Part shown: positions 54,770 to 64,000 of the stretch, piece after piece
Position numbering within the stretch: the stretch's first letter is position 1
Layout: each line of letters begins with the position of its first letter
Source of the DNA: an uncultured Verrucomicrobiae bacterium
GTDB taxonomy: Bacteria; Verrucomicrobiota; Verrucomicrobiia; Chthoniobacterales; Chthoniobacteraceae
Assembly (NCBI GenBank): GCA_963828525.1
Contig: CAWHEP010000014.1
Coordinates: 160,001-224,000 of the forward strand
DNA: 64,000 nucleotides
Reading direction: 5' to 3'
Program-made: the position numbers and the translations under genes
Notes under the pieces: model-generated
The model's database searches: none
Seen by the model: only the letters and a program-made list of their open reading frames with translations
What the model was told of the DNA's origin: nothing

Positions 54770-55959
54770 CTACGGCGCGGCTTTGTGAATGCAGTCTTTG
54801 ATATATTCCTTCGCAGCTTCAAGTTGATCCTTTGAGAAGTCCCTCATCTGAGTCTTTGTGCCCCATACAGTTAAAAATGGCTCAAAATCCCGTTCGCGAA
54901 GCCGAAATTCGGCTCGTGTCGTGCTTTCTGTGTTACCCATTTTAACGAATTCGAGCCCCCACGAGAGATCGTGCCCTCCGATAGTATGTTGCAAGATATC
55001 TCCAGCCAATTCGCCCCCCGCCGCATTCGGCTGGAGGTTGTCCTCCTCTGCATAGTCGAGGGTGAACTGTATCAGTTCTTGGTAAGTGGAGCGCATGAAT
55101 TGTGCACACTCGATTTCTTTGGCAGATGTAGAGGGAGGCATTGGCGGTAGGGAAGGAAACGAGACTTGCAGTTTGAATGGTTGAGTTGTCGCAGGAGCAG
55201 GCGGTTGGCTACGCGGAAGCGGCTGGCCGAATCCTAGTCCTCCGATGCCGCCCCCTCCAAGCTTGCGCGCCAAGGAACGAGGTTTCCACCGTTTCCTCGG
55301 TAAATTGAACCGCGAGCACAAATTCTGATCCATGAGGTGGATATGATTTCGCGCGTGCGCGCACGCCCAGTGCCCGAGTGCCGCGTCGGCATCAATCCAA
55401 TCGCCTTCAACGTATCGAACAGGTGGGGTTTTCTATCCGTCACATCTACTGGAAAAATGATACACCATTGGTCATTCTTTGAACGAATTTCCCGATCTAC
55501 ATCGCGACCGGGGTCGTAGCCATTCTGATGAACGAACTTGTTCCGCATCCGGATAATCACATCGCTTTCCGGACTCCAGTAGCATTGGAGACCATCGCGA
55601 ATCGCGGGTCGGACTTCCCCGTCAGGCGCCCGATAATTGCGCAGCAACTCGATCATCTCCTCTGATGACGTCTGCCTCCGGAAGAATTTGCGCACATCGT
55701 TCCATGCGCCCGGTGTTGTGGCCAAAATGTCCGAAAGTATCGACTGGCAGTATGAATTCAGAGTATCGGCAGCGTGACAGACTTGAAGAGAACCCAGGTA
55801 AAATTCGAGGGCGTCATTGTATTCCAGATTGACGGGCGAACAGCCGGGATAAACCCCATCATTTCGCGCAGCATCGCTCCGGATGAACCCATTCACTACG
55901 TGCGACTCCATCAGCCGCTCCAATGCGCGGCCGGCGTGCGGGGAAAGTCCCTTTGACAT
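54770..55959 (-). CDS. hypothetical protein with HEPN-like RxxxxH motif (probably one gene frameshifted near 55430)
   Basis: RNKFVHQNG; the downstream 187-aa ORF extends in frame upstream (PVRYVEGDWIDADAALGHWAC...) to the frameshift point. Confidence 0.55.
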
Positions 55960-56036
55960 CCCTGAAATCCTACCCGATACCGCAACGGGGTTCATGGGAA
56001 TTCTCGAATTATGACAACCGACTACGCTGTCTGCCT

Positions 56037-56109
56037 GAACCCGGCGGGAGAGTGGTGGTTGCAGACGTTGCGTCCCATGCGCGGGTTGCTGGGCTGGGGG
56101 TCACCAGGC
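56037..56109 (+). repeat. degenerate attC-like site
   Basis: GAACCCGGC...GCGGGTTGCTGGGCTGGGGGTCACCAGGC resembles the CGCTGAGCTTGGG..GTTAGGC ends of the downstream sites. Confidence 0.35.
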
Positions 56110-56123
56110 GGTGCCCGTCTCCC

Positions 56124-56600
56124 GTGAAAGTCATTGTTACCGAAGGCGACTTACTCGACCAACCCGTTGAGGCCATCGTCAACGCGTGGAACCGCAACAT
56201 CATTCCGTGGTGGCTTCTACTCCCGCAGGGTGTCTCCCGCGCCATTAAGCGCCGCGCGGGCACCCAGCCGTTTCGGGAAGTTGCGCGCTACGGAGCCATT
56301 CCACTCGGCGAGGCTGTTCTTACTTCTGCCGGGCGTTTGCCTTTTCGCGGCATTATCCACGTTGCAGGCATCAATATGCTTTGGCGGTCGTCTGAGTTTT
56401 CTGTTCGCCAGTCGGTTCGTAGCGCCATGCGGATCGTCATCGAGCAGCAGCTTCGTTCCGTCGCTTTCCCGCTCATCGGGGCGGGCTCAGGCGGCGGTTC
56501 ACCCGAGCGCATTCAGGGCTTCATCACAGAGGAGCTTTCTGCAATACCCTTTAGCGGAGAGGTTTATGTCGTCCGCTATACCAACCTCCGCCGGGCCTAA
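56124..56600 (+). CDS. macro-domain protein (gene cassette)
   Basis: GDLL...AIVNAWN, GVSRAI, GEAVLTSAGRLP..IIHVAG, SVAFPLIGAG; stop TAA lies inside the attC R'' box. Confidence 0.88.
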   Translation: MKVIVTEGDLLDQPVEAIVNAWNRNIIPWWLLLPQGVSRAIKRRAGTQPFREVARYGAIPLGEAVLTSAGRLPFRGIIHVAGINMLWRSSEFSVRQSVRSAMRIVIEQQLRSVAFPLIGAGSGGGSPERIQGFITEELSAIPFSGEVYVVRYTNLRRA

Positions 56601-56696
56601 CCACGCTCCAGCGAAAACAGGCTTGGCGCCCCTGCCCTTCTTGCATTCGACCTCCTTCCTCGCTAGCCTCTGTCGCTGAGTTTGGAAGCGTTAGGC
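56595..56696 (+). repeat. integron attC site
   Basis: R'' GCCTAAC 56595-56601, L'' CTCCAGCGA / L' TCGCTGAG with one extrahelical base, R' GTTAGGC 56690-56696. Confidence 0.85.
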
Positions 56697-56710
56697 ATTC
56701 AGTTCAAATC

Positions 56711-57221
56711 ATGCAGATTCCGTACTTTGCCGCGTTGTCCTCGTTCGGCATCGCAGTTCTAACCAACGGACTGGCGGCGGCTTTGCCGGATGAGGACACC
56801 GTGACGCGCTTCGCGTCGCCATGGCACAGGAGTGGTTTCCATCTGAGCAGTTTCCCCAATCCACGCCCGAGCAAATCGCCCACGCGACTCCCGCCGCCCT
56901 GTCCGTGGTCGCCGCCCACACGAAAGTCTATCGCATCGACTTCGATGGCGACGGCGCCGTGGATCGTGTGCTCCAGATCGATCTCCATGCTCGCAATAGC
57001 GAGTTGATCGTGCTGCGTCGCGCCAAGAGTGGTTGGAGCATCGTTGGTGACTTCTTCGGCCAGCAGTTCAGCTTTCTGGGCTTTGGGAGTTTGCCTGTTG
57101 CTAACCTTGAGATCACAGAGAACAACGGCGGAGGTCACCTCGCGGTCATACCTACGAATTCAAGGGAGGACGCTACGTTCAATCTACGGCTCGCGAGGAA
57201 AAAGTTAATGACGATCGCTAG
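56711..57221 (+). CDS. secreted hypothetical protein (gene cassette; 2 frameshifts)
   Basis: Signal peptide, IDFDGDG motif; ends YEFKGGRYV...NDDR* with TAG overlapping the next attC. Confidence 0.6.
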
Positions 57222-57323
57222 CCTAACCAAGTGCTCCAGCGAACAGCCGCTGGCTGCCACGTGTCTCGTGATGGTATCGTCTTGCCTCGCCGATGACTGT
57301 CGCTGATCTTGGAACCGTGAGGC
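57221..57323 (+). repeat. integron attC site (R' degenerate)
   Basis: GCCTAAC-CAAGT-GCTCCAGCGAACAG...CTGTCGCTGATCTTGGAACC-GTGAGGC. Confidence 0.78.
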
Positions 57324-57336
57324 GTTTGCTGGCCGT

Positions 57337-57981
57337 ATGACCCCATCGACCGAAGACATTCTTACTTCGCGCCTCGACCCAGGCGAACGCTTGCTTTGGG
57401 CGGGTCGGCCTCGCGGCGGCGTTCGATTTCGAGCGCAGGACGCGTACCTTATCCCGTTCAGTCTGCTCTGGGGCGGCTTCGCCATTTTCTGGGAGTTCAT
57501 GGCTGTGACCCAAACCTCCAGGGCACGCGGCCCTGTTGGCACCGTCTTTCCTCTTTTCGGCGTGCCGTTCGTTCTCGTCGGCCTCAATTTCATTTTCGGG
57601 CGCTTCTTCTCCGACGCTCGCAGGCGATCCCGCACCTATTACGGAGTCACCAGCGAGCGCATTATCATCGTCATTGGTGGGCTGTTCAGCCATCAGACCA
57701 AGAGCCTTCAGCTCCGCACCCTCGCCGACGTATCACTTACGGAGCGCGGCGATGGCAGCGGCAGTATTACATTCGGCCCGACCCACTACATGAACGCTCT
57801 TTCCCCAGGCGCCGGATGGCCGGGCTCGGGTCGTTATGCGCCCCCGTCTTTTGAATTCATCGAACGCGCCAAGGAGGTCTACGACATCATTTACGACGCG
57901 CAAAGAGCGACACCAGTGAACGGCTTCCGGCCGGCACCTTTGCCCCACCTGCCACCCGCGCCCCCGGCTCGCCGTAGCTGA
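57337..57981 (+). CDS. membrane protein with bacterial PH-like domain (gene cassette)
   Basis: LDPGERLLWAGRP, two TM helices, TYYGVTSERIII, GSGSITFG; reads through a damaged attC. Confidence 0.75.
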   Translation: MTPSTEDILTSRLDPGERLLWAGRPRGGVRFRAQDAYLIPFSLLWGGFAIFWEFMAVTQTSRARGPVGTVFPLFGVPFVLVGLNFIFGRFFSDARRRSRTYYGVTSERIIIVIGGLFSHQTKSLQLRTLADVSLTERGDGSGSITFGPTHYMNALSPGAGWPGSGRYAPPSFEFIERAKEVYDIIYDAQRATPVNGFRPAPLPHLPPAPPARRS

Positions 57982-57994
57982 GCTTGGGTTAGGC
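57913..57994 (+). repeat. partial attC site (R'' deleted)
   Basis: CCAGTGAACGGC...GCCGTAGCTGAGCTTGG-GTTAGGC. Confidence 0.65.
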
Positions 57995-58041
57995 ACTATC
58001 ACTCGGTTGCCTAAATTGAACGGTCGGGTATCCTTTCGATC

Positions 58042-58281
58042 ATGCCCACGGTAGCACTTCAGGCCCATTACGACGGCGAGCACATCGTCCTCGATGAGCC
58101 GTATGACCTGCCCGCAAACGCCAATCTCATGGTCACGCTGCTTCCTTCCGCTACCGGCGCCGACTCTGAGGATGTTTGGCTGCGCGCTGCAGCTTCAAGC
58201 GAAGCATTCGCCTTTCTCACTGACCCTGCCGAGGACGTCTACACAGCATCCGACGGCGGGCCGTTCCGAGATGCGGTTTAG
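58042..58281 (+). CDS. putative antitoxin (orphan cassette)
   Basis: AHYDGEHIVLDEP...L.VTLLP, FAFL.DPAEDVYT; own promoter TTGCCT 58007-58012 / TATCCT 58029-58034. Confidence 0.6.
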   Translation: MPTVALQAHYDGEHIVLDEPYDLPANANLMVTLLPSATGADSEDVWLRAAASSEAFAFLTDPAEDVYTASDGGPFRDAV

Positions 58282-58438
58282 AGGAGTCCGAGATCTCGAA
58301 TCCCTTGCTCACGCGTCAGCTCGCTGTCTAAATTGAATCAGCTTTCTGGCTGAGTCAGAATACATCGCCCACAGCTATTTCCCAAGAGGAAGACGGCATT
58401 GCGGCTATCGCGCCGTTCAGCGAGCATCAGCAACAGCG

Positions 58439-60134
58439 ATGAGCGAGAAACCCTTAGAAAAACGCGTGTTCACCCGCACGGGAAAGGCGCTCATCCTTTT
58501 TGTTTTAGCCCTGCTGATCTTCGGCGGATGGGAAGGCTTCAAGCTTGTGAAGCTCCATCTGGCGCTGGCGCGTGCCCAGCGAGCCTTCGCTAATAAGCAG
58601 TTCACGCCGGCAGTGTTTTGGACGGTGGATGCTCTCCGCGCCGACGACCGGAATGTCGAGGCGGCGCGGTTGATGGCCGACATAGATGAGGCGCGGGATA
58701 TGCCGGCGGCCCTTGGCTGGCGGATCAAGGTTGCCCAGCTTGAGCCCGGAAACTCCCAGGATACCATGGCTTGGGCAAAGACCGCGCTGCGTTTTGGGCA
58801 GACTGAATTGGCGCTCAGGGGTTTGAAAAGTCTCCCCCCGAGCTTTGCGAATGGGAACGCGGAATTTCACGAGATGATGGCGGGCTGTGCCTTGGCGATG
58901 AATGAAACCCCTGCCGCGGAGGAGCATTTCATGAAGGCTGTGGAGATCGATCCCGGCAACCCCGTGAATTCTATAAATCTTGCGGCGTTCCGGTTGTCCA
59001 ACTCGCAAAGTCCGGATGTTCGAGTGGCGGCCGCGCGCGAGCTTGAAGCCGCGTTAAGCGACGCTCGGGTAAATCTGGCCGCAAGTCGCGCGTTGCTCAC
59101 CGATGCGATGCGGCGCAAGAATCGCGCGGGCACATTACGCTTCGCGGACAAGTTGCAATCCCTCCCTGGGCCACACGTTCAACGACGACCTGAGCTGCCT
59201 TCCAGCCGCCGCCACCGAATCCGCTTTCCATACGGGGATAACCGCAGTCGAACATCGTGCTGGATCGGATATTCAGTTGATTGCCGCCGCGACGGATTGG
59301 CTAAACCAGCACGGAATGGCAACCGAGACGCTGCGATGGCTCGGCACGCTCCCACCCGATATACAAGCAAACATGCGCGTCCAGATCGCGCGATCAGAAG
59401 CGCTGCTCGCGATGCGCGACTGGAAAGCGTTGAGCGCCTTCTTGAAGGATTGCCACTGGGAGGATTGCGAGTTTCTGAGACGCGCGATGCAGGTTCGTTG
59501 CGAAAGGGAGCTTGCCCAGCCATGGGAGCCGGATTGGAAGCAACTGGCGCAGGACACTCAAAGAAATCCGCAGGACATTTTGTTGCTTGCGCAGTTGGTG
59601 ATCGGCTGGGGTTGGCGCGACGAGGAGCTCGCCCTCCTCTGGGACGCCGCGCGACGGCCGGTGACGGCATCCCGCGCTTTGGAGATCCTCTGGCGTTTGT
59701 ATGCGCATGAGAATGACACGCGCGAATTACTCCGCGTGGCCAAGGCGCAACTCGACATCGACCCAGCGAGTCCCACGAGGAAAAACAACTTCGCTTTCCT
59801 TTCTTTATTGTTGGACGGCCCATCGCAGATCGCAGAGCGCCTCGCGCGGGAGGCTTCAACTGCTGATCCCAATGCGCCGGAATGGGCGGCGACGTATGCG
59901 TACGCGCTGCATCTCGCGGGTAACGACCCCGAAGCAAAAAAGGTGCTCGCCAATCTGGCGCCCGCGACGCTAAAGCGTCCAGGAGTAGCGCTCTACTCCG
60001 CAATCATCCTTGCTGCCAACGGGGACAATTCCAACGCCCGCAACTCTATTGCCAGGTTGAATACGAACGGGATGCTTCCCGAAGAGCGAAAGCTGGCAGC
60101 CGAGCTGGCCGGCCGCCTGGGTGTCGTGAAGTAG
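58439..60134 (+). CDS. TPR-repeat membrane-anchored protein (frameshift near 59130-59170)
   Basis: N-terminal TM helix; TPR-like A..F..A.EIDP, NNFAFLSLL, ATYAYAL. Confidence 0.75.
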
Positions 60135-60184
60135 AAGCGGATTTCAACGCGGTTTGACCGCGCGAGCTGGCCTCGAGCCCAAGT

Positions 60185-61541
60185 CTAATTTACCACGTAA
60201 AGCGGCGGTGCCTCTGTTCTCAACGTCGTCGAGTGCTTATTCTCCGAACGTATTGATTGTTGCTGTTCGGTTTCCTGAATCAGCCTGGCGATGAATTCGC
60301 ATTCCGAGGGCAATGTCGCGAGTCTTTCAGCCTTGCGAAGCGCCACGAGAGCTTCGGGCTGGCGCTGGAGTTCCAACAGAAGCGAACCGCGAACCGCATG
60401 GAACAGATGATACGATCCCAGCAAACCTTTCGTGGAAATCTGCTCCAGAGCGTCCAGCGCGGCCTGCGGGCCACTGACTTTTCCCAGGGCGACGGCGCGG
60501 TTGAGCGCGGCAACCGGAGAGGGATTAATTTTTACCAGTTCATCATATAACGCAAGAATGCGCGGCCAGTCGGTGTCAGAGGTCGTTGCGACTATGCTGT
60601 GGCATGCGGCGATACCCGCTTCCAGATGATACACACTGAGCGTTTCCCCCGTGGCCGCGAGATGAAGGTGGTGGATGCCGTGTTGAATCATCGCCTCATT
60701 CCAGAGGCTGCGATCCTGTTCATGCAGACGAAGCAAATTTCCGGTTTCACTCACCCGGGCGGGCAGGCGCGCCGCGGTTAAGGAGCATGAGCGCGAGCAG
60801 CGCGTGGGTGCGCGGCTGGCGTGTGGCGGGATGCCCGGCTAGTTGCAGCGCGAGGCGAATGGCCTCATGGCAAAGTTCCTCCCGCACAAGGCGGTCGCCG
60901 GATGATGCCTTGTAACCTTCGTTGAAAAGCAGATAGAGAGTAGCGAGCACGCCGTCAAGACGCGCGGGCAGTTCATCCGGGGCGGGGACCACGAATGGCA
61001 GCGCCAGTTCCCGGATGCGTTGGCGGGCGCGGACCAGGCGCTTGGCGATGGCGGCCTCGGTGGTGAGAAACGCGGCGGCGATCTCCGCGGGGCTCAGCCC
61101 GCACAGTGCGCGTAACGCCAGCGCCGTCTGTGCTTCAGTGGAGAGTTGGGGGTGAAAGCACACGAACATCATCCGCAACGTGTCGTCGGTAAAAGTATCC
61201 GCGTTTTCCTCGCGCGGGCCGGGGACGGCAATCCAGCGGTCATGCTCGCTGGCGATGCCCTCTTCTTTCTCCCGCCAACTTTGTTCGCGGCGCAAATGGT
61301 CGAGAGCAAGGTTGCGGGCGGTCTGCGTGAGCCACGCCGCGGGGTTATCTGGCGCGCCGCGATAGGGCCACGTCTGCAATGCGCGCACAAGCGCTTCCTG
61401 CACCACGTCCTCGGCTAGTTGCAATCGGTGTGTGCCGAATTGTCCGGCAAGCATCGCCACAAGCCGCGCGCTTTCGCGCCGAAACAAATCGGCGGCGATT
61501 TCGCCATGATGCTGGCCATGTTCGGGCGTGTGGTCTGACAT
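60185..61541 (-). CDS. ECF sigma factor, ECF42-type with DUF6596/TPR extension (frameshift near 60770)
   Basis: LAEDVVQEA..RAL.TWP, CFHPQL, KRLVRA, LYLLFNEGY, YHLEAGIAACH, LNRAVA. Confidence 0.9.
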
Positions 61542-61609
61542 GGAAATCAATCTGGCCCCGATCTCAAGCGCCGCTAACCTAAACCTCAGGCTCAGGCGCG
61601 CGCGTCGTG

Positions 61610-62059
61610 CTAGTCAGAAACTTCCGCCTCAACGAGCTTTGCAAGCAGGATCAGTGATTCTTGCCAGCCAAGATAACAAGCCTCGGCGGGAATCAAATCG
61701 GGCAGGTCTTCCTGCGTGATCCTCACGTCGGTGCCGCAGAATACCTCCTTCAAAATGATCGTCACATGGATGATGCCAGGCAGCGCCGGGTCATCAAACC
61801 TGTCAGTGTAGCGGATGCGTTCGTGAGGCAGCAATTCCAGATACTCGCCGCCGAAAGAGTGGGTTTTGCCGGTCGTGAAGTTCGTGAAGGACACCGCAAA
61901 ACTGCCCCCGACTTCGGCGTCCATATGGTGGACTTTTCCCGTGAACCCGTTTGGCGGAAGCCACTTGCTCATTGCGTCGGCATCGAGGAACGCTCGATAG
62001 ATCCTCTCTGCCGGCGCGCGGATTACGCGGTGAAGTTGAATGGTGTTTGTGCTGCTCAT
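61610..62059 (-). CDS. SRPBCC/AHSA1-family protein
   Basis: LHRVIRAPAERIYRAF, KWLPP.GF, YLGWQESL. Confidence 0.9.
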   Translation of the reverse strand: MSSTNTIQLHRVIRAPAERIYRAFLDADAMSKWLPPNGFTGKVHHMDAEVGGSFAVSFTNFTTGKTHSFGGEYLELLPHERIRYTDRFDDPALPGIIHVTIILKEVFCGTDVRITQEDLPDLIPAEACYLGWQESLILLAKLVEAEVSD

Positions 62060-62091
62060 AGGGTGTCCTTTCTGGTCGTAGGAGTCCGTCG

Positions 62092-62490
62092 CTAAGGGTT
62101 GCTTTGCAGTTTCACTTCGGCCATCGGGCGGCAAAGATCAGCAATGGGGCGGACTTCAATTTGCGCGCCGTAGGCTAGAACCGGGCATGCCTGAGCGAGT
62201 CGCACGGCCTCCTCCATGCTGGAAACACCGACTCGGAAGTATCCTGCGATTGCCTCCTTCGATTCGGCAAACGCGCCGTCGGTGACGCTCACGCCGCGCG
62301 CGCCTGAGACGATCTTGCCTTCCTCCACGAGCGGCTGCGCGCCGCGATGGACCCCATGTTGCGTGAGTCCATCCACCCATGCATAGAAGTCCGTCATTAC
62401 CCGCTGCAGCTCCGCGGGCGACATGCCGTGATTCCAATGTGTGCCTCGGATAAGCAGCAGGTATTCGTCAGTCGGATTTTGCGGGTTCAT
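62092..62490 (-). CDS. YciI/DGPF-family protein
   Basis: VTDGAFAESKEAIAGY, IEVRPI. Confidence 0.9.
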   Translation of the reverse strand: MNPQNPTDEYLLLIRGTHWNHGMSPAELQRVMTDFYAWVDGLTQHGVHRGAQPLVEEGKIVSGARGVSVTDGAFAESKEAIAGYFRVGVSSMEEAVRLAQACPVLAYGAQIEVRPIADLCRPMAEVKLQSNP

Positions 62491-62586
62491 GGTGATGCCT
62501 TTGAGTTAAAGGGGGATTGTGGTTTGAGCAATCGGCCGATGCTTCTTGAATCGCTCGTTGAGCGTAAGATCTGCTGCCCGTGCGAA

Positions 62587-63126
62587 TTATTTTGCAGCTA
62601 AAGGAGCGACGACCTGGCCGAGGTTTGCGAGACCCTGTTCAAATTGAGGGCCGACCATCTTGTCGCAGTTCATAAATAGACTCATCAATTTGCCGATGAA
62701 ACCGTTTTTGCCATACATGGCCCACTTCACCACCGTCTGGCCGCCTTGCGGTGTGAAGGTGAAGTCAACGGTGCTGGTTCCTTCGATCGGACGTTTCCAG
62801 TCCATTCGCATGCGGACCAGCTCTCGGGGTTTGCTCTCGATGATTGTCGCTGACCCTGCCCCAATTGCGTTATTGCCGTCCCAATTGCATGCCGCGCCGA
62901 TGCCGGACTCCGGGCCGCTGTAGGTGGTTGTCACGTTGGGGTCCATCTTCATGAACGGGTTCCACAGGTTGAACTTATGGTGGTCATTGACTTGCCCGAA
63001 AACTGCGTCCGGCGAGGCCGCGACTGTCGCGGTGCGTTCCACTCGAAAGTTCCCCGGTCGCAGGACAACGATGATGAAAAAGATGACGATGAGGAAGGCG
63101 AAGCCAATGGAAAGTTTGATGATCAT
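62587..63126 (-). CDS. SRPBCC/polyketide cyclase-family protein
   Basis: FRVER...WNPF..MDP...GP.SG.GA...W.GN...G.G; FEQGLANL. Confidence 0.88.
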   Translation of the reverse strand: MIIKLSIGFAFLIVIFFIIVVLRPGNFRVERTATVAASPDAVFGQVNDHHKFNLWNPFMKMDPNVTTTYSGPESGIGAACNWDGNNAIGAGSATIIESKPRELVRMRMDWKRPIEGTSTVDFTFTPQGGQTVVKWAMYGKNGFIGKLMSLFMNCDKMVGPQFEQGLANLGQVVAPLAAK

Positions 63127-63166
63127 AATGGTGTATTAGGTGTGTATTTGTTTTGGTGGACGAGGC

Positions 63167-63634
63167 TTAAACTTCCTCGACGAGGGCTGCGAGCTGGTCG
63201 GCGCATTGTCTCCAGCCTTTGTGAAAACCCATTTGCTCATGCCTCTCCCGGCCGGCGACCGACCAGTGGAGGACACGAACCGTGTAGCGGGTGTTACCGT
63301 TTTCATTTTCAAACGTAAGTATTACGGTCATAAATGGCTGCGCCGATGGTTGCCATGCTTCCGTGTAGGCATCCGTAAAAACGAGGCGTTCATTCGGAAC
63401 AACCTCAAGATACACTCCCCGATTAGGCATCTCCGATCCGTCCGGCGTGCTCATCACGATGAGGCATGCGCCCCCGGGTCGGACGTCGAGTTCCGCCAGG
63501 GTGGTCGTCAGCGGCTTGGGCGCGAACCATTGCTTGAGCAGTTCTGCCTGTGTCCATGCGGAATAGACACGTTCAGGCGATGCGTGAATGAGGCGCGTGA
63601 GAGTGAGTTCCCGATTGCCGGAGGGTGTATGCAT
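63167..63634 (-). CDS. SRPBCC/AHSA1-family protein
   Basis: ELTLTRLI.ASPERVY.AWT, QWFAP, DVRPGG, HEQMGFH.GW. Confidence 0.9.
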   Translation of the reverse strand: MHTPSGNRELTLTRLIHASPERVYSAWTQAELLKQWFAPKPLTTTLAELDVRPGGACLIVMSTPDGSEMPNRGVYLEVVPNERLVFTDAYTEAWQPSAQPFMTVILTFENENGNTRYTVRVLHWSVAGRERHEQMGFHKGWRQCADQLAALVEEV

Positions 63635-63699
63635 AATTAATTTCGTTCTTAAGGGCGTTTCGCTGTTTTGCGCTTGGCGCTTCGGCCCCTCAATACTTC

Positions 63700-63726
63700 G
63701 ACGAACGCGCTTCGCAGAAAAGGACA
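63700..63726 (-). promoter_or_regulatory. putative ECF42-dependent promoter
   Basis: Minus strand TGTC-N17-TTCGTC upstream of the SRPBCC-YciI-ECF operon. Confidence 0.5.
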
Positions 63727-64000
63727 CGCATCCGAAAGTTTTACCGCGCGGCAGTCCAGAGGCGAACCGGCTCCGAAGGTCTCTCTTCATCAATGCGCGT
63801 GAATGCGCCGCGACGTATGCCTGTGCCCTGCGTCTCGCCGGTAACAATCCCCTTGGCGAAAAAGTCCGCGCAGGTGTCTCCTGCGGGCCGCGCTGCTGGG
63901 GTGTCGCGCCGAGCCTACGCCCGATCTATTCCAGTCTTCCTTGAAAGTGGATCCTGGACCGGGTTTGTCATTCCGTCCTTCCCGAAAGTTCCCTCTGCAA

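Noticed and set aside
58289..58298. CGAGATCTCG palindrome resembling the sequence before the RAYT-like ends
   Set aside because: Short palindrome with no GGGGTC end or transposase nearby; could be chance.

Overview
Bacterial chromosome segment, GC-rich, most likely from a Verrucomicrobia (Chthoniobacterales/Spartobacteria-like) genome. This is an inference from gene style, a standalone SWIB protein and a TGTTC-N4-GAACA LexA-type box. Most of the window is housekeeping or envelope genes: ymdB, amidase, upp, APC permease, MFS, comEC, ispH, L,D-transpeptidase, rfbF, RluA, kduID, lptD, ugd, rsmB, gatCA, ispA, gcvP, and an ECF42-type sigma/YciI/SRPBCC operon. Many genes, including normally essential ones, are split by single-base frameshifts, which points to uncorrected long-read indels rather than true pseudogenes. 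Two accessory regions stand out. (i) About 9.97-13.3 kb is a decayed RHS-toxin island with two RHS cores, two nested RAYT-like HUH transposase copies sharing a conserved left end, an integrase remnant and two toxin-antitoxin modules. (ii) About 53.1-58.3 kb surrounds tRNA-Ser(GCT) and holds a hammerhead-ribozyme-like RNA, a duplicated segment, a DUF433/PIN TA pair bracketed by hairpin repeats, a HEPN-motif protein and an integrase-less attC cassette array. The most novel signal is an unannotated 29-aa ORF (31708-31797). It is leaderless, sits under a promoter whose -10 is covered by a perfect LexA-type palindrome, and carries a beta-clamp-binding-like QLTFW motif. A divergent pair of flavin-dependent halogenase-like genes lies next to rfbF and a P450.
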